From assembly GCA_002269645.1 (NCBI GenBank), contig NIVC01000995.1, forward strand, positions 62,001 through 126,000: DNA of 64,000 bases, in the 5' to 3' direction. The first letter of the stretch is position 1. Every line of letters starts with the position of its first letter. The position numbers were made by a program, and so were the translations under genes. Below the pieces are notes generated by a model, which was given only the letters and a program-made list of their open reading frames with translations, did not search any database and was not told the origin of the DNA. This stretch comes from Macrostomum lignano (taxonomy: Eukaryota). Below, piece by piece: positions 39,878 to 63,955 of this stretch.

Positions 39878-40967
39878 GGGCCCGTACTATAGAATCAGGA
39901 GTTAGGAGTTAGGAGCTAGGACTCAAGAGTACTCTTGATAAGGAGTGATTGAATTTTGTGTGCTATAGATTTCAGGAGTTAAGAGTTAGGAGCTAGGAGT
40001 TCTTGCAAGGAGTGCAGCCTAGTAGTGGGGGTGTGTTCAAGGAGTGTTGCGCAATCGTTTAAGGATGATAGAGAATTGTGTGCTATATCACAATCCTAAC
40101 TTTACGCTCCTTAAGGATTGAATCTCAGGAGTGAAAATGCAAATTGCTCAAAAAATATCATTTGTGAGAGCCGTCTCTGCACGCAAAGAGGTATAAATTA
40201 TACCAGCGTATTTACTCGTTTTATTATATGCGTTGACCAAGCAATGCAGAAGAGTATCAAAAGTAAAAGTAAAAAGTCTAAATGTACATGTGTACTTGTA
40301 AATATCAATAAAAGAAAATAATACACCAGTCTAATTATCAAAGAATTGTGTCGAGTGTAATTTAGAGCTCGAGTGTGTTCAAAACGTATTAACTAGTTGA
40401 TCACGGCGGCCATTGTTGTTGACAACGATTTCGCCTTCGTTGTTGGGCTCTAAGATGTCCGGGATCACCTCTGGGTAGAGTTCTGGCTGCTCGTTTTCAA
40501 GTTTTCAATAGCACTCTCGGCTGGATCTTCTTCAAAAAAATTAATTCTTGCCTTAAATTGTCGACGGCGTCTATCATTGACTCCTTCCTCATCAGAATCC
40601 GATTCGCTGTCCGAAAACATTAGAATCCTAGCTTGTCTAAGAGTAAAAATTGGCCCTTGAACTCTTGCTTAGGAGTCAAGAGTTAGGAGCGAAATTTTCT
40701 CATTCTATAGGACACGCGCTCCTAGAATCACTCCTAAAAGCCAGCTCCTAGCTCCTAGCTCCTAGACTTCCTCTCCTAATTCTATAGCATGCCACGGACC
40801 TTAATGAGTTCTCCTAAATTCACCCAGGAGTCTCCTAACGTCCTTAAGGAGCCTCCTAGCTCTTAAAATGTACTCTTGATTCTATAGCACAGAAAAGCCA
40901 GCTAGGAGCTAGGAGTTAGGACACTCTTAAGGATTTAGGAGTTAAGAGTATTCTATAGCACGGGCCC
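39878..40967 (-). mobile_element. PIF/Harbinger deletion derivative (1090 bp)
   Basis: TIRs GGGCCCGTACTATAGAAT / ATTCTATAGCACGGGCCC; 3-bp TSD CTG (39875-39877 and 40968-40970); subterminal TAGGAG repeats; minus-strand remnants MFSDSESDSDEEGVNDRRRRQFKARINFF (from 40620) and NGRRDQLVNTF* (to 40379) resemble fused transposase N- and C-termini. Confidence 0.85.
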
Positions 40968-41387
40968 CTGCCGCCGTAGACCCCTTTGAGCCTTGCCACC
41001 GCGGCACTCCTCACTCCTTGTTTGCTTGCCTTCACTCTCCGCCTCGCTCCGCCACGGTTTTAAACCACGCCTCTGCCAAATCTCAGTCACGCCACCTCTA
41101 CTGCCTGTACGAGCTCTCGCTACGAGCACCGCCGCCACACGTTCACCGCCATCACATCGTCACCATTGCCTCCGGCTCATCGACTGACCTATCTCTGTTG
41201 ACCACCCAGACGGAATTGATAATAGCAAGTCTGACTATCCTCTCATACGGTTACAATAAACAGACTGCGGCCATTGCCCGCATCAGTCGTACTATCATCA
41301 AGTGCTACCGCTACAAAATTTGCCTCTGCCGTGCTTGCCTTCGTTAATTACTTTCGAGGCCACCGGATAATCGTCACACATAGTACT

Positions 41388-41576
41388 CAGTGGCGCACCA
41401 GGGAGCAGGGGGCGGGAGGGGCAATCGCCCCCCCTTTAGGTGGACTAGACCAGAAAAAATGAAAGGGGGGACCAAGCGAATTTTTGCCAAAATACAGAGC
41501 CGCACCCCCCCCCCTGGATCTTTACCCTCTAGATTCAAAAACCCGCCCCGTCAACAACTTTCTGGTTGCGCTACTG
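41388..41576. mobile_element. Small hAT-like MITE (about 190 bp)
   Basis: Imperfect TIR CAGTGGCGCACCAG / CTGGTTGCGCTACTG; no exact TSD. Confidence 0.55.
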
Positions 41577-42309
41577 CAGCATGTACTTAAATAGAATGTC
41601 AGTGGTGGGTTGTGCAGCACATATTTGGTTCAGGTTCAGGCAAAAAACCTCTTCGGCCAATTCGGTGTATATAATATTCCTTTAAAAATATTTGTAAAAA
41701 GAGATGGTTTTAGCAATTAAGCAAATGGATACTATGCATATGCACTATTCATTTTAGTTATTACTTATTAAAAAAATACTTATGTGTATACGAGCGTATG
41801 GATACATCAAATTGCTTGTATAGTATTAATAGTAGTAATAAAGTGGCTCAGGCTAGACAGCCTTAATATCTGGCCAAAACAAAGGTCTAAGAAACTATAT
41901 TTTGTTTATTTAAAATAACATAATTTTTGCTTAGACAAAACAGAGAATTTAATTTTTGCGCTTTTATTTCTCCAAAAGATGATGCTTACGATAACAACGA
42001 TTTTTTATTGGGTAGTATTTCGGTGATATTCTTTTCTTATCGCTGGGTGATTGGGGTGGGTAACTACACTGCAATGTATTTTCAGACATTCGGTATAAAG
42101 GTTATTTTTAGTATATATTTTCATAGTATATAGGAAGGTGTGCCTCGTATACAATTCCTTGATACAATGAATTTTTCAGTTGGTTTACGAGATGGGTGTT
42201 ACACGTTGGATAAAAAAACAGTAGAATACATTAATTATACCTTTCAAAAAAAAAATTTTTCACTCGATTATGTTCTCATAATCGAATCGATCCATTTTGG
42301 GGATCGGGA

Positions 42310-43136
42310 CTATTTTCCGCGTTCCCTAGCCCTTCGTACGGCAACAGCAGCTTCCTCGCCCATTGCAGACATGACAGTGACGATTACAGGGTACTCGTTG
42401 TCGTCCCGAATGCAGTGACGAGTAGCTTCAAGAAGCTGGGCCGCTTTATCTGGGCACAAACCCACGGTGGCTGTTGAACCAGACTTTTCGGCGACCAGAA
42501 GCTGTCCCGGGTCTCGGGAATCATCGTCATTGTTCATGACAATCCTCACGAACTGGCATTCGCGCTTCTCAACCAATGGCACCTGAACAACGTCACTACT
42601 GGTATACGCCGTGACGCGCTTCTTCCCAGTGAACACGTCAATTGCTACTAGATGAATTTTGCAGCTACCATGCTTTCCTGAAATTTATATGTACATACAT
42701 ATATAACATACGCGTTTGGGTTATGAAAATTTAATAATTGTCTACACATAAATTTAGGAATTGTATGATTTCACGCAATGTTATATGTAACTGTAACCCT
42801 TTATTTCATAAGAGCCATACATGTATGCAGGTACAGCACTACCTACTGTCTTAGACTCCTTCCTTGTGCATGTACATTTTTTAAATTCTACGAGCATATA
42901 GAAACACGTACGTGCTACACTTGAACATCTTAAAAGTCCTTTCTTCTAGGCTTACCAGTTTTGGAGCTGCTCATCTCCACAATTTTGCACGGCCTGCCAC
43001 CAATCAGCACGAAGCCTTTGACGCGCAGCTCAGAGCAGCGCACATTATCGTATCGAAGCCCTTCGTCAGCGGAGTCGGCAGCCGTCTCCATTTTTATTTC
43101 AGAATGCACAGCCTTTGAACGCCGACTAGATGCCAT
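42310..43136 (-). CDS. EIF5A: Eukaryotic translation initiation factor 5A, divergent copy (167 or 182 aa), 2 coding exons
   Basis: Exons 43136 (or 43091)-42956 and 42677-42310 join with phase 1: CSELRVKGFVLIGGRPCKIVEMSSSKTG|KHGSCKIHLVAIDVFTGKK..VIVTVMSAMGEEAAVAVR. Confidence 0.92.
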
Positions 43137-43965
43137 TGGCTTATTCCGCGCATGAGAAATCTAGAGGCAAATTACTGAGAAACTGTCGAGCTTTAATTAT
43201 CCAGCTGGCTGCATGGCAAAGAGTGCTTGATTATATACCAATTCCATGCATTTGCATCTTGCGCTAAATAGTCGAAATAATTATTACAGTAATCAGAAAA
43301 ATTCATTCATTATCATAACACTGTACTGAGTCAGTAGAATATATTGATGGGGAAATTCTTGCGAAAGCGCGTACAACAATGTACAGTAAGGTGATCCGTG
43401 GGTGCTATTTTTAGAAACAAATTCTCTCGTCTGAAAGGTAGGCGCAGCATGCTCTCCATTTCACCATCGCTTGCAATTTTTATAAAAAAATATTTTGCAA
43501 TTAAAGAAATGCTTTCAGGTTACGCTAAAAACGTTGGATTTTATACCTTCCCTCGGCTGCAGATGCAACGATCATAAAGTTGTTTTAGGTCGTATTTAGC
43601 AGCTCTTAAAATACAAAATACAATTTTTTTACAAATCCAGCTTTAAACCTTAGTCCTTTCCAACTGTCACTTAGTGTGGTGATTAAAGCTTAATAGTCTA
43701 ATAGAGTCCAATAGTCCAATGGTAAATTCTGTTGCGTCGATGTGACACTTACGAGGAGCCATAAGTGATCAGATCATAAAACGGCTGACAGGTTCCGAAG
43801 GATATATAATAGCAGATTTATCACTTATCACTTATAGCCAGGCAATACCCATGGTTAACATGGCAACAGGTTATATGACACTTCCATTAATCGCCTAACA
43901 AGGTTCCTTCTCGATGCGCATGTGCCATGTAAGGAAAGTTATTGAGCGGTTCCTAGGGAGCTGTC

Positions 43966-44608
43966 AGGAGCTGGACTGTCAATAATGAGGAGCTGGACTG
44001 TCAATAATGAGGAGCTGGACTGTCAATAATGAGGAGCTGGACTGTCAATAATGAGGAGCTGGACTGTCAATAATGAGGAGCTGGACTGTCAATAATGAGG
44101 AGCTGGACTGTCAATAATGAGGAGCTGGACTGTCAATAATGAGGAGCTGGACTGTCAATAATGAGGAGCTGGACTGTCAATAATGAGGAGCTGGACTGTC
44201 AATAATGAGGAGCTGGACTGTCAATAATGAGGAGCTGGACTGTCAATAATGAGGAGCTGGACTGTCAATAATGAGGAGCTGGACTGTCAATAATGAGGAG
44301 CTGGACTGTCACTAATGAAGAACTGGACTGTCACAAAGAAGCTGGACTGTAAAGAAGCTGGACTGTAAGGAGCTGGACTGTAAGGAGCTGGACTGTAAAG
44401 GAGCTGGACTGTAAGGAGCTGGACTGTAAAGGAGCTGGACTGTAAGGAGCTGGACTGTAATGGAGCTGGACTGTTAGGAGCTGGACTGTAAGGAGCTGGA
44501 CTGTAAGGAGCTGGACTGTAAGGAGCTGGACTGTGAAGGAGCTGGACTGTGAAGGAGCTGGACTGTAAGGAGCTGGACTGTAAGGAGCTGGACTGTAAGG
44601 AGCTGGAC
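43966..44608. repeat. 22-bp minisatellite GAGCTGGACTGTCAATAATGAG shifting to 15-16-bp GAGCTGGACTGTAAG
   Basis: Two unit lengths sharing one core. Confidence 0.95.
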
Positions 44609-44706
44609 TTTCTAAAGAACTTCTATGGTTTCGGACGAGAACCCTTTAGCTTTAGTTCAACTTGGCGTAAGATGCGGGACTGTTTAAAGTTGAGCTGGGA
44701 CTGTAC

Positions 44707-44901
44707 AGAGACGAATGCTCAGTTGGTATAAGAGGAGTTCAACTATACTCAAGCTCAAAAGTGGTTGTATACTACAGCAACAGAAGCAATTTAGAAGTTG
44801 CAGCTGCATTGGAGCAGACGTGTACATTATATAAGAGACGAATGCTCAGTTGGTATAAGAGGAGTTCAACTATACTCAAGCTCAAAAGTGGTTGTATACT
44901 A
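44707..44901. repeat. Exact 68-bp direct repeat (44707-44774 and 44834-44901)
   Basis: AGAGACGAATGCTCAGTTGGTATAAGAGGAGTTCAACTATACTCAAGCTCAAAAGTGGTTGTATACTA occurs twice. Confidence 0.85.
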
Positions 44902-45497
44902 TTGACAGGCTCTCACGGCACCATTTACGACAAGCGAAGCAATTTAGCGTGAGAAAATCTGGCTGCCGACTACAATAGCTATATACAAATGTATATTGAG
45001 AAGGGGCGGTACTATACAACTGGTAAAATAGCAGCTCAAAGACATGCGCTTGCATGACTGTAAGCAGCCCCGCATTCTGTAATATATATGCAATTATTTT
45101 AAAACTCATATAGCTTTTGTATTTTTGCGTCTGGGGTCGCAAAAAAACAGAGAGGTTCCTGACAATTATGATGAAATTACAGTAGAAAGCTCCTATACAG
45201 CCATGCAAGTGAAAGACTTGAAGGCATTGGAAAGATTAAAGAGAGGATATTGTGACAGGTGCAGACTTCTGATTTGCCTATTTGCTAAGCTCTCGCTAAT
45301 TTTCTAGGAACAACAAGACAGGAAGAAAGAGAGAGGCTTCAGAGACGGAGGGGGCAATCCCGGCCTTGCCTTTGCGGCATGCAACTCGCTCACTAATTAT
45401 CTGCTGTTTGTGCAGGCTGCGATGCAACGTCAGTTACACGGACAGTGCCAGACTGATGCATAGGCCTATCTTTATTAGCTATAGTTACGTGGACTAA

Positions 45498-46160
45498 CCT
45501 GACCATGGCGCTCCTTCCAGTGACCATGGCGCCCCTTCCAGTGACCATGGCGCCCCTTCCAGTGACCATGGCGCCCCTTCCAGTGACCATGGCGCCCCTT
45601 CCAGTGACCATGGCGCCCCTTCCAGTGACCATGGCGCCCCTTCCAGTGACCATGGCGCCCCTTCCAGTGACCATGGCGCCCCTTCCAGTGACCATGGCGC
45701 CCCTTCCAGTGACCATGGCGCCCCTTCCAGTGACCATGGCGCCCCTTCCAGTGACCATGGCGCCCCTTCCAGTGACCATGGCGCCCCTTCCAGTGACCAT
45801 GGCGCCCCTTCCAGTGACCATGGCGCCCCTTCCAGTGACCATGGCGCCCCTTCCAGTGACCATGGCGCCCCTTCCAGTGACCATGGCGCCCCTTCCAGTG
45901 ACCATGGCGCCCCTTCCAGTGACCATGGCGCCCCTTCCAGTGACCATGGCGCCCCTTCCAGTGACCATGGCGCCCCTTCCAGTGACCATGGCGCCCCTTC
46001 CAGTGACCATGGCGCCCCTTCCAGTGACCATGGCGCCCCTTCCAGTGACCATGGCGCCCCTTCCAGTGACCATGGCGCCCCTTCCAGTGACCATGGCGCC
46101 CCTTCCAGTGACCATGGCGCCCCTTCCAGTGACCATGGCGCCCCTTCCAGTGACCAGTGA
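45498..46160. repeat. Near-perfect 21-bp minisatellite CCTTCCAGTGACCATGGCGCC
   Basis: About 31 copies; the unit is divisible by 3, hence the stop-free ORFs. Confidence 0.98.
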
Positions 46161-46164
46161 CCAT

Positions 46165-47635
46165 TGACACCCTCTGTCTACAGACCATGACACCCTCTTT
46201 CTACACACCATGACACCCTCTTTCTACACACCATGACACCCTCTCTCTACACACTATGACGCCCTCTCTCTACACACCATGACGCCCTCTTTATACACAC
46301 CATGACACCCTCTCTCTACACACCACGACACCCTCTCTCTACACACCACGACACCCTCTCTCTACACACCACGACACCCTCTCTCTACACACCACGACAC
46401 CCTCTCTCTACACACCACGACACCCTCTCTCTATACACCATGAACCCTCTCTCTACAGACCATGACACCCTCTTTCTACACACCATGACACCCTCTTTCT
46501 ACACACCATGACACCCTCTCTCTACACACTATGACGCCCTCTCTCTACACACCATGACGCCCTCTTTATACACACCATGACACCCTCTCTCTACACACCA
46601 CGACACCCTCTCTCTACACACCACGACACCCTCTCTCTACACACCACGACACCCTCTCTCTACACACCACGACACCCTCTCTCTACACACCACGACACCC
46701 TCTCTCTATACACCATGAACCCTCTCTCTACAGACCATGACACCCTCTTTCTACACACCATGACACCCTCTCTCTACACACCACGACACCCTCTCTCTAC
46801 ACACCACGACACCCTCTCTCTACACACCATGACCCCTCTCTCTACACACCATGACACCCTCTCTCTACACACCATGACCCCTCTCTCTACACACCATGAC
46901 ACCCTCTCTCTACACACCACGACACCCTCTCTCTACACACCACGACACCCTCTCTCTACACACCACGACACCCTCTCTCTACACACCATGACCCCTCTCT
47001 CTACACACCACGACACCCTCTCTCTACACACCATGACGCCCTCTTTATACACACCATGACACCCTCTCTCTACACACCACGACACCCTCTCTCTACACAC
47101 CATGACGCCCTCTTTATACACACCATGACACCCTCTCTCTACACACCACGACACCCTCTCTCTACACACCACGACACCCTCTCTCTACACACCACGACAC
47201 CCTCTCTCTACACACCACGACACCCTCTCTCTACACACCATGACCCCTCTCTCTACACACCATGACACCCTCTCTCTACACACCATGACCCCTCTCTCTA
47301 CACACCACGACCACGACACCCTCTCTCTACACACCACGACACCCTCTCTCTGAACACCATGACACCCTCTCTCTACAGACCATGACACCCTCTCTCTACA
47401 CACCACGACACTCTCTCTCTGCACACCATGACACCCTCTCTCTACACACCATGACACCCTCTCTCTACACATCACGACACCCTCTTTCTACACACCATGA
47501 CACCCTCTCTCTGCACACCATGACACCCTCTCTCTACAGACCATGACACCCTCTCTCTACACACCACGACACCCTCTCTCTGAACACCATGACACCCTCT
47601 CTCTACAGACCATGACACCCTCTCTCTACTGATCA
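46165..47635. repeat. 21-23-bp minisatellite ACACACCA(C/T)GACACCCTCTCTCT
   Basis: Long tandem array directly abutting the 21-bp array. Confidence 0.96.
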
Positions 47636-48414
47636 TAGCACCCTCTATAAACCTTAGTGTCTCCTCTTGTCTCTACAAGACCCAGAACTCTGTATATTCC
47701 TCTTTCAAGCCAGCAATATTTCTTAATAATTTTAAAATATGAAATAGCCCATATGCGAGCTCGTACAACTTATTACTATCTTATAAAATCTCTCCAAACA
47801 TAATTATGACGACGCCCCAGCGCAAAATGGCATTCACCTAGCATACTGGTATAATAAGTCAGTAAATAGTCATAAAATTCGATCTATAACTGTCTGGCAC
47901 CTAAAAGCAAACTGCAATCGCAATGGGGGAGAGAGGAACAGCTAAAGTAAGACAATTTATTGGATACGAGGGGCGACGTCAAGCAAACAGGCGGCAGGCG
48001 AAGCTGTGTTGATTTAAACGAGCCGAATTGTTGCAAAGTGGATCGAGTGCCAGCTCCGCACGAGTCTCGCCTAGCCCGGTGCCGCGTCGCGCGCTTGAAA
48101 TGCGTTTGAGGCGCAGGTGGATAAGCTTTCAATCCTTACGGTTATTTACTCACGTGTGTAGAGACGGCCATTCAGCTATTGGGGGGCTTGGCTGGCTTAT
48201 TGACGGGTCGGAGAAGAACTGGGTGTGGGGGCACACAAATTCTGTATAGCACAGATTTTTGTTAAGTACACCTTTGAGAAATAAATTTATTCTCATATTT
48301 CCAGTTTTTGGTTCAATATTTTATGACTACGATGGAAAAGCATAATGTGCGGCATTTGCATTCTATTGAGAGTCCATCTTAAGGATGACGCCAGCTTGCT
48401 TTGACTAAAGGGCA

Positions 48415-49045
48415 TACGTGTACACCAAATCTGATGCGTACCTGTACATGTACACCAAACCTGATGCATATCTGTACATGTACACCAAAGCTGATGCCTT
48501 ACCTGTGTACATGTACATCAAAGCTGATGCGTACCTGTACATGTACACCAAAGCTGATGCGTACCTGTACAAACAAATCAAAGCTGATGCGTACCTGTAC
48601 ATGTACACCAAATCTGATGCGTACCTGTACATGTACACCAAAGCTGATGCGTACCTGTACAAACAAATCAAAGCTGATGCGTACCTGTACATGTACACCA
48701 AATCTGATGCGTACCTGTACATGTACACCAAATCTGATGCGTACCTGTGTACATGTACACCAAAGCTGATGCGTACCTGTACATGTACACCAAACCTGAT
48801 GGATATCTGTACATGTACACCAAACCTGATGCGTTACCTGTGTACATGTACATCAAAGCTGATGGATATCTGTACATGTACACCAAACCTGATGCATATC
48901 TGTACATGTACACCAAACCTGATGCGTTACCTGTGTACATGTACACCAAAGCTGATGCGTACCTGTACATGTACACCAGAGATAAAGCTTACCTGTACAT
49001 ATACACCAAAGATTGCGCTTACCTGCACATGTACACCAAGGTTCG
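48415..49045. repeat. About 30-bp minisatellite TGTACATGTACACCAAAGCTGATGCGTACC
   Basis: About 20 copies. Confidence 0.94.
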
Positions 49046-49889
49046 CGCATACCTGAAGGATGGCGTTTCTGTACGGTGGGTCCCTAAGAATTGGCCAGGT
49101 TAGATATGCTTCTATACCTAGCAACTGTTTCTTTAAGATAAACACTGCTTGCCCTCAATTAAATAAACACAATTAAAATAATCGTATCAAGTCGAAATCT
49201 TCCCAATTCTCGGGGCACATGCACCGCCAATATTCCCAGAGAAAAGGCGATTTGCATTCGGGCTGCGCAAGAAAAATCCTGGCAAAAGCCATGAAATACT
49301 GTTTGCCCTGCATCCCTGCATTCAGAACTGTCAGACACACAAAGCATTGAGTTAGCTATAGCTGTATAAAGAAAGTGGGGGGGGGTTCTTTTTGGGATCG
49401 ATTTCAAAAGCTTGCCTCCCCCCGGGCCCCACCCCGTGTGTATTCCCTCTCGCTGAGTTGTTTTCACAGGCCCATGAATAATTCATCAACGCCATACACT
49501 GTACAGCAATACACCTGCTCCAACTAGCGCCAGTTCTGCCATCGTTGACTCCCAATTGGCCCGCCGGAGCCGCCGCGCTTCATCTCAATGCTGTAGGGGA
49601 AAGCTGGAACAATGAGGTCTTGATAGAGCATCTATCTATCTACAGGTGCGGGTACAAGGCACAAGCCAAACTCATATTTCTGATATGAGCAGTATGATGG
49701 CGACCCCGATGCAGCACGACTCGCATGTGACTTGAATTTATTTTCAAAGCAAGAGAAAATATCCGCGTTACTTCTTTGTCCTTCCGCATCTTCTTATTAT
49801 TTGTTCATTCACTCTTCCATCCTTTCCTATTCTTTCCCCTCTCATCTACTCCTCTATCCTCCTCTTCCTCCCCTCTTTCCTCCCCTCCA

Positions 49890-50600
49890 ACTCGTACCAT
49901 CTCCTCTCATCTCCTCTTATCTCCTCTTATCTCCTCTTATCTTTCCTTATCTCCTCTCATCTCCTCTCACCTCCTCTTATCTCCTCTTATCTTTCCTTAT
50001 CTCCTCTCATCTCCTCTCATCTTCTCTCATCTCTTGTCATCTCCTGTCATCTCCTGTCATCTCCTCTTATCTCCTCTCATCTCCTCTCATCTCATCTATC
50101 TTTTCTTATCTCCTGTGATCTCCTCTCATCTCCTCTCATCTCCTCTCATCCCCTGTCATCTCCTGTCATCTCCTCTCATCCCCTGTCATCTCCTCTCATT
50201 TCCTCTCATCTCATCTATCTTTTCTTATCTCCTCTCATCTCCTCTCATCTCCTCTCATCCCCTGTCATCTCCTGTCATCTCCTCTCATCCCCTGTCATCT
50301 CCTGTCATCTCCTGTCATCTCATCTTATCTTTTCATATATCCTCTCATCTCCTCTCATCTTCTCTCATCTCTTGTAATCTCCTCTCATCTCCTCTCATCT
50401 CATCTCATCTTTTCTTATCTCCTCTCATCTCCTCTCATCTCCTCTCATCTCCTGTCATCTCCTGTCATCTCCTCTCATCTCCTCTCATCTCCTCTCATCT
50501 CCTCTCATCTCCTGTCATCTCCTGTCATCTCCTCTCATCTCCTCTCATCCCCTCTTATCTTTTCTTATCTGCTCTGCTCTCATCTCCTCTCCTCTCCTCT
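49890..50600. repeat. 10-bp pyrimidine-rich repeat CATCTCCTCT
   Basis: Explains the 409-aa Ser/Leu/Pro ORF. Confidence 0.93.
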
Positions 50601-51240
50601 CTTTTCTTCTACTTTTTTTCCCCTCTTCTCTCCTCTTCCTCCTCCCCTCTCCTTCCTCTCTCTGAAGTGCCAAACACGCAGAAGGCCCGCAGCCATGAGC
50701 TGTATCATCTATCCGGCACTAAAGGCAGATTTTTGAGGTCGAATTTCGTACCAACTGAAATGGGCAGCCAACACCCACCCTCCCCCGCACCCAAAGGCCT
50801 TCAACATGAATGGAAATCGCACGTGCATTTTAACAGGGCGTTGTTGAAATGCAGAACTAACAAGTTCCACATTCTTGGCAGCTGGGTACCAGTGTCCAGC
50901 GCGTTTAGGCCGAGATACTGGCCATTGTTCAGCCTCAATGGTACCCTGTTAAGCTACTCCCGCTTTATTGGCTTTGCCAAAGCGACTCGGACCAATGGGC
51001 GCTGAGCAAACCATAGAAAAGGAAAGGCGAAGGCGGGGGGCTGCGTGCCTTCCCCAATTCAGCTCTCTGTCTGTCTGCTCTCCGCTATGAAAAGGCAGGC
51101 GCACTGTTAGATCCGGCTGCGATTCCCAAGAAGCTCGGCTAATTCTCTCCTTTAAAGTCTCAGCCTCACTGCCTTCCTAGCCGGTCGCTTCGCCGCCAGT
51201 TGCTTCACTCCACTGGCTCGCTTCTGGCAATGTCGACAGG

Positions 51241-62636
<11,396 letters not shown>

Positions 62637-62715
62637 GTGAGGGATTGCGCCAAAGGTTTTACTTTTGTCAGAGTCTCGTATCAATGCGGTAACAAAACTT
62701 CTAATTCCTAATCCG

Positions 62716-63955
62716 ATGGCGCCACTTGGTGCTGGCGCCACTTGGTGCTGGCGCCACTTGGTGCTGGCGCCACTTGGTTCTGGCGCCCCTTGGTTCTGGC
62801 GCCCCTTGGTTCTGGCACCCCTTGGTTCTGGCGCCTCTTGGTGCTGGCGCCTCTTGGTGCTGGCGCCCCTTGGTTCTGGCGCCCCTTGGTTCTGGCACCC
62901 CTTGGTTCTGGCGCCTCTTGGTTCTGGCGCCCCTTGGTTCTGGCGCCCCTTGGTTCTGGCGCCTCTTGGTGCTGGCGCCCATTGGTTCTGGCGCCTCTTG
63001 GTGCTGGCGCCCATTGGTTCTGGCGCCCATTGGTTCTGGCGCCTATTGGTTCTGGCGCCCATTGGTTCTGGCGCCCATTGGTTCTGGTGCCCATTGGTTC
63101 TGGTGCCCATTGGTTCTGGTGCCTATTGGTTCTGGTGCCCATTGGTTCTGGCGCCATTTGGTTCTGGCGCCCATTGGTTCTGGCGCCCATTGGTTCTGGC
63201 GCCCATTGGTTCTGGCGCCCATTGGTTCTGGTGCCTATTGGTTCTGGTGCCCATTGGTTCTGGTGCCCATTGGTTCTGGCGCCCATTGGTTCTGGTGCCC
63301 ATTGGTTCTGGTGCCCATTGGTTCTGGCGCCTCTTGGTTCTGGCGCCCCTTGGTTCTGGTGCTCCTTAGTTTTGGCGCCTCTTGGTTCTGGCGCCCCTTG
63401 GTGCTGGCGCCCATTGGTTCTGGCGCCCATTGGTTCTGGTGCCCATTGGTTCTGGTGCCCATTGGTTCTGGCGCCTCTTGGTTCTGGCGCCCCTTGGTTC
63501 TGGTGCTCCTTAGTTTTGGCGCCTCTTGGTTCTGGCGCCCCTTGGTGCTGGCGCCCATTGGTTCTGGCGCCCATTGGTTCTGGCGCCCCTTGGTGCTGGC
63601 GCCCCTTGGTGCTGGCGCCCCTTGGTGCTGGCGCCCCTTGGTTCTGGCGCCCCTTGGTTCTGGCACCCATTGGTTCTGGTGCCCATTGGTTCTGGCGCCT
63701 CTTGGTTCTGGCGCCCCTTGGTTCTGGTGCTCCTTAGTTTTGGCGCCTCTTGGTGCTGGCGCCCATTGGTTCTGGCGCCCATTGGTTCTGGCACCCATTG
63801 GTTCTGGCGCCCATTGGTTCTGGCACCCATTGGTTCTGGCGCCCATTGGAGCTGGCGCCCATTGGTTCTGGCGCCCATTGGTTCTGGCGCCCATTGGTTC
63901 TGGCGTCCATTGGTGCTGGCGCCCATTGGTGCTGCCGCTCCTTGGTGCTAAGTTG
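62716..63955. repeat. 16-bp minisatellite GGTTCTGGCGCCCATT, Delta intron 8
   Basis: About 77 copies; explains all ORFs at 62604-64000. Confidence 0.97.

Noticed and set aside
41018-41347. GC-rich 109-aa ORF beside the Harbinger element
   Set aside because: Low-complexity CCG/CAC-rich sequence with no domain or exon partners.
45393-46211. Stop-free ORFs such as (MVTGRGA)n and (MAPLPVT)n
   Set aside because: A consequence of a 21-bp unit without stop codons; no flanking gene structure.
49776-51005. 409-aa ORF upstream of Delta
   Set aside because: Mostly a 10-bp pyrimidine repeat; the unique tail has no recognisable domain.
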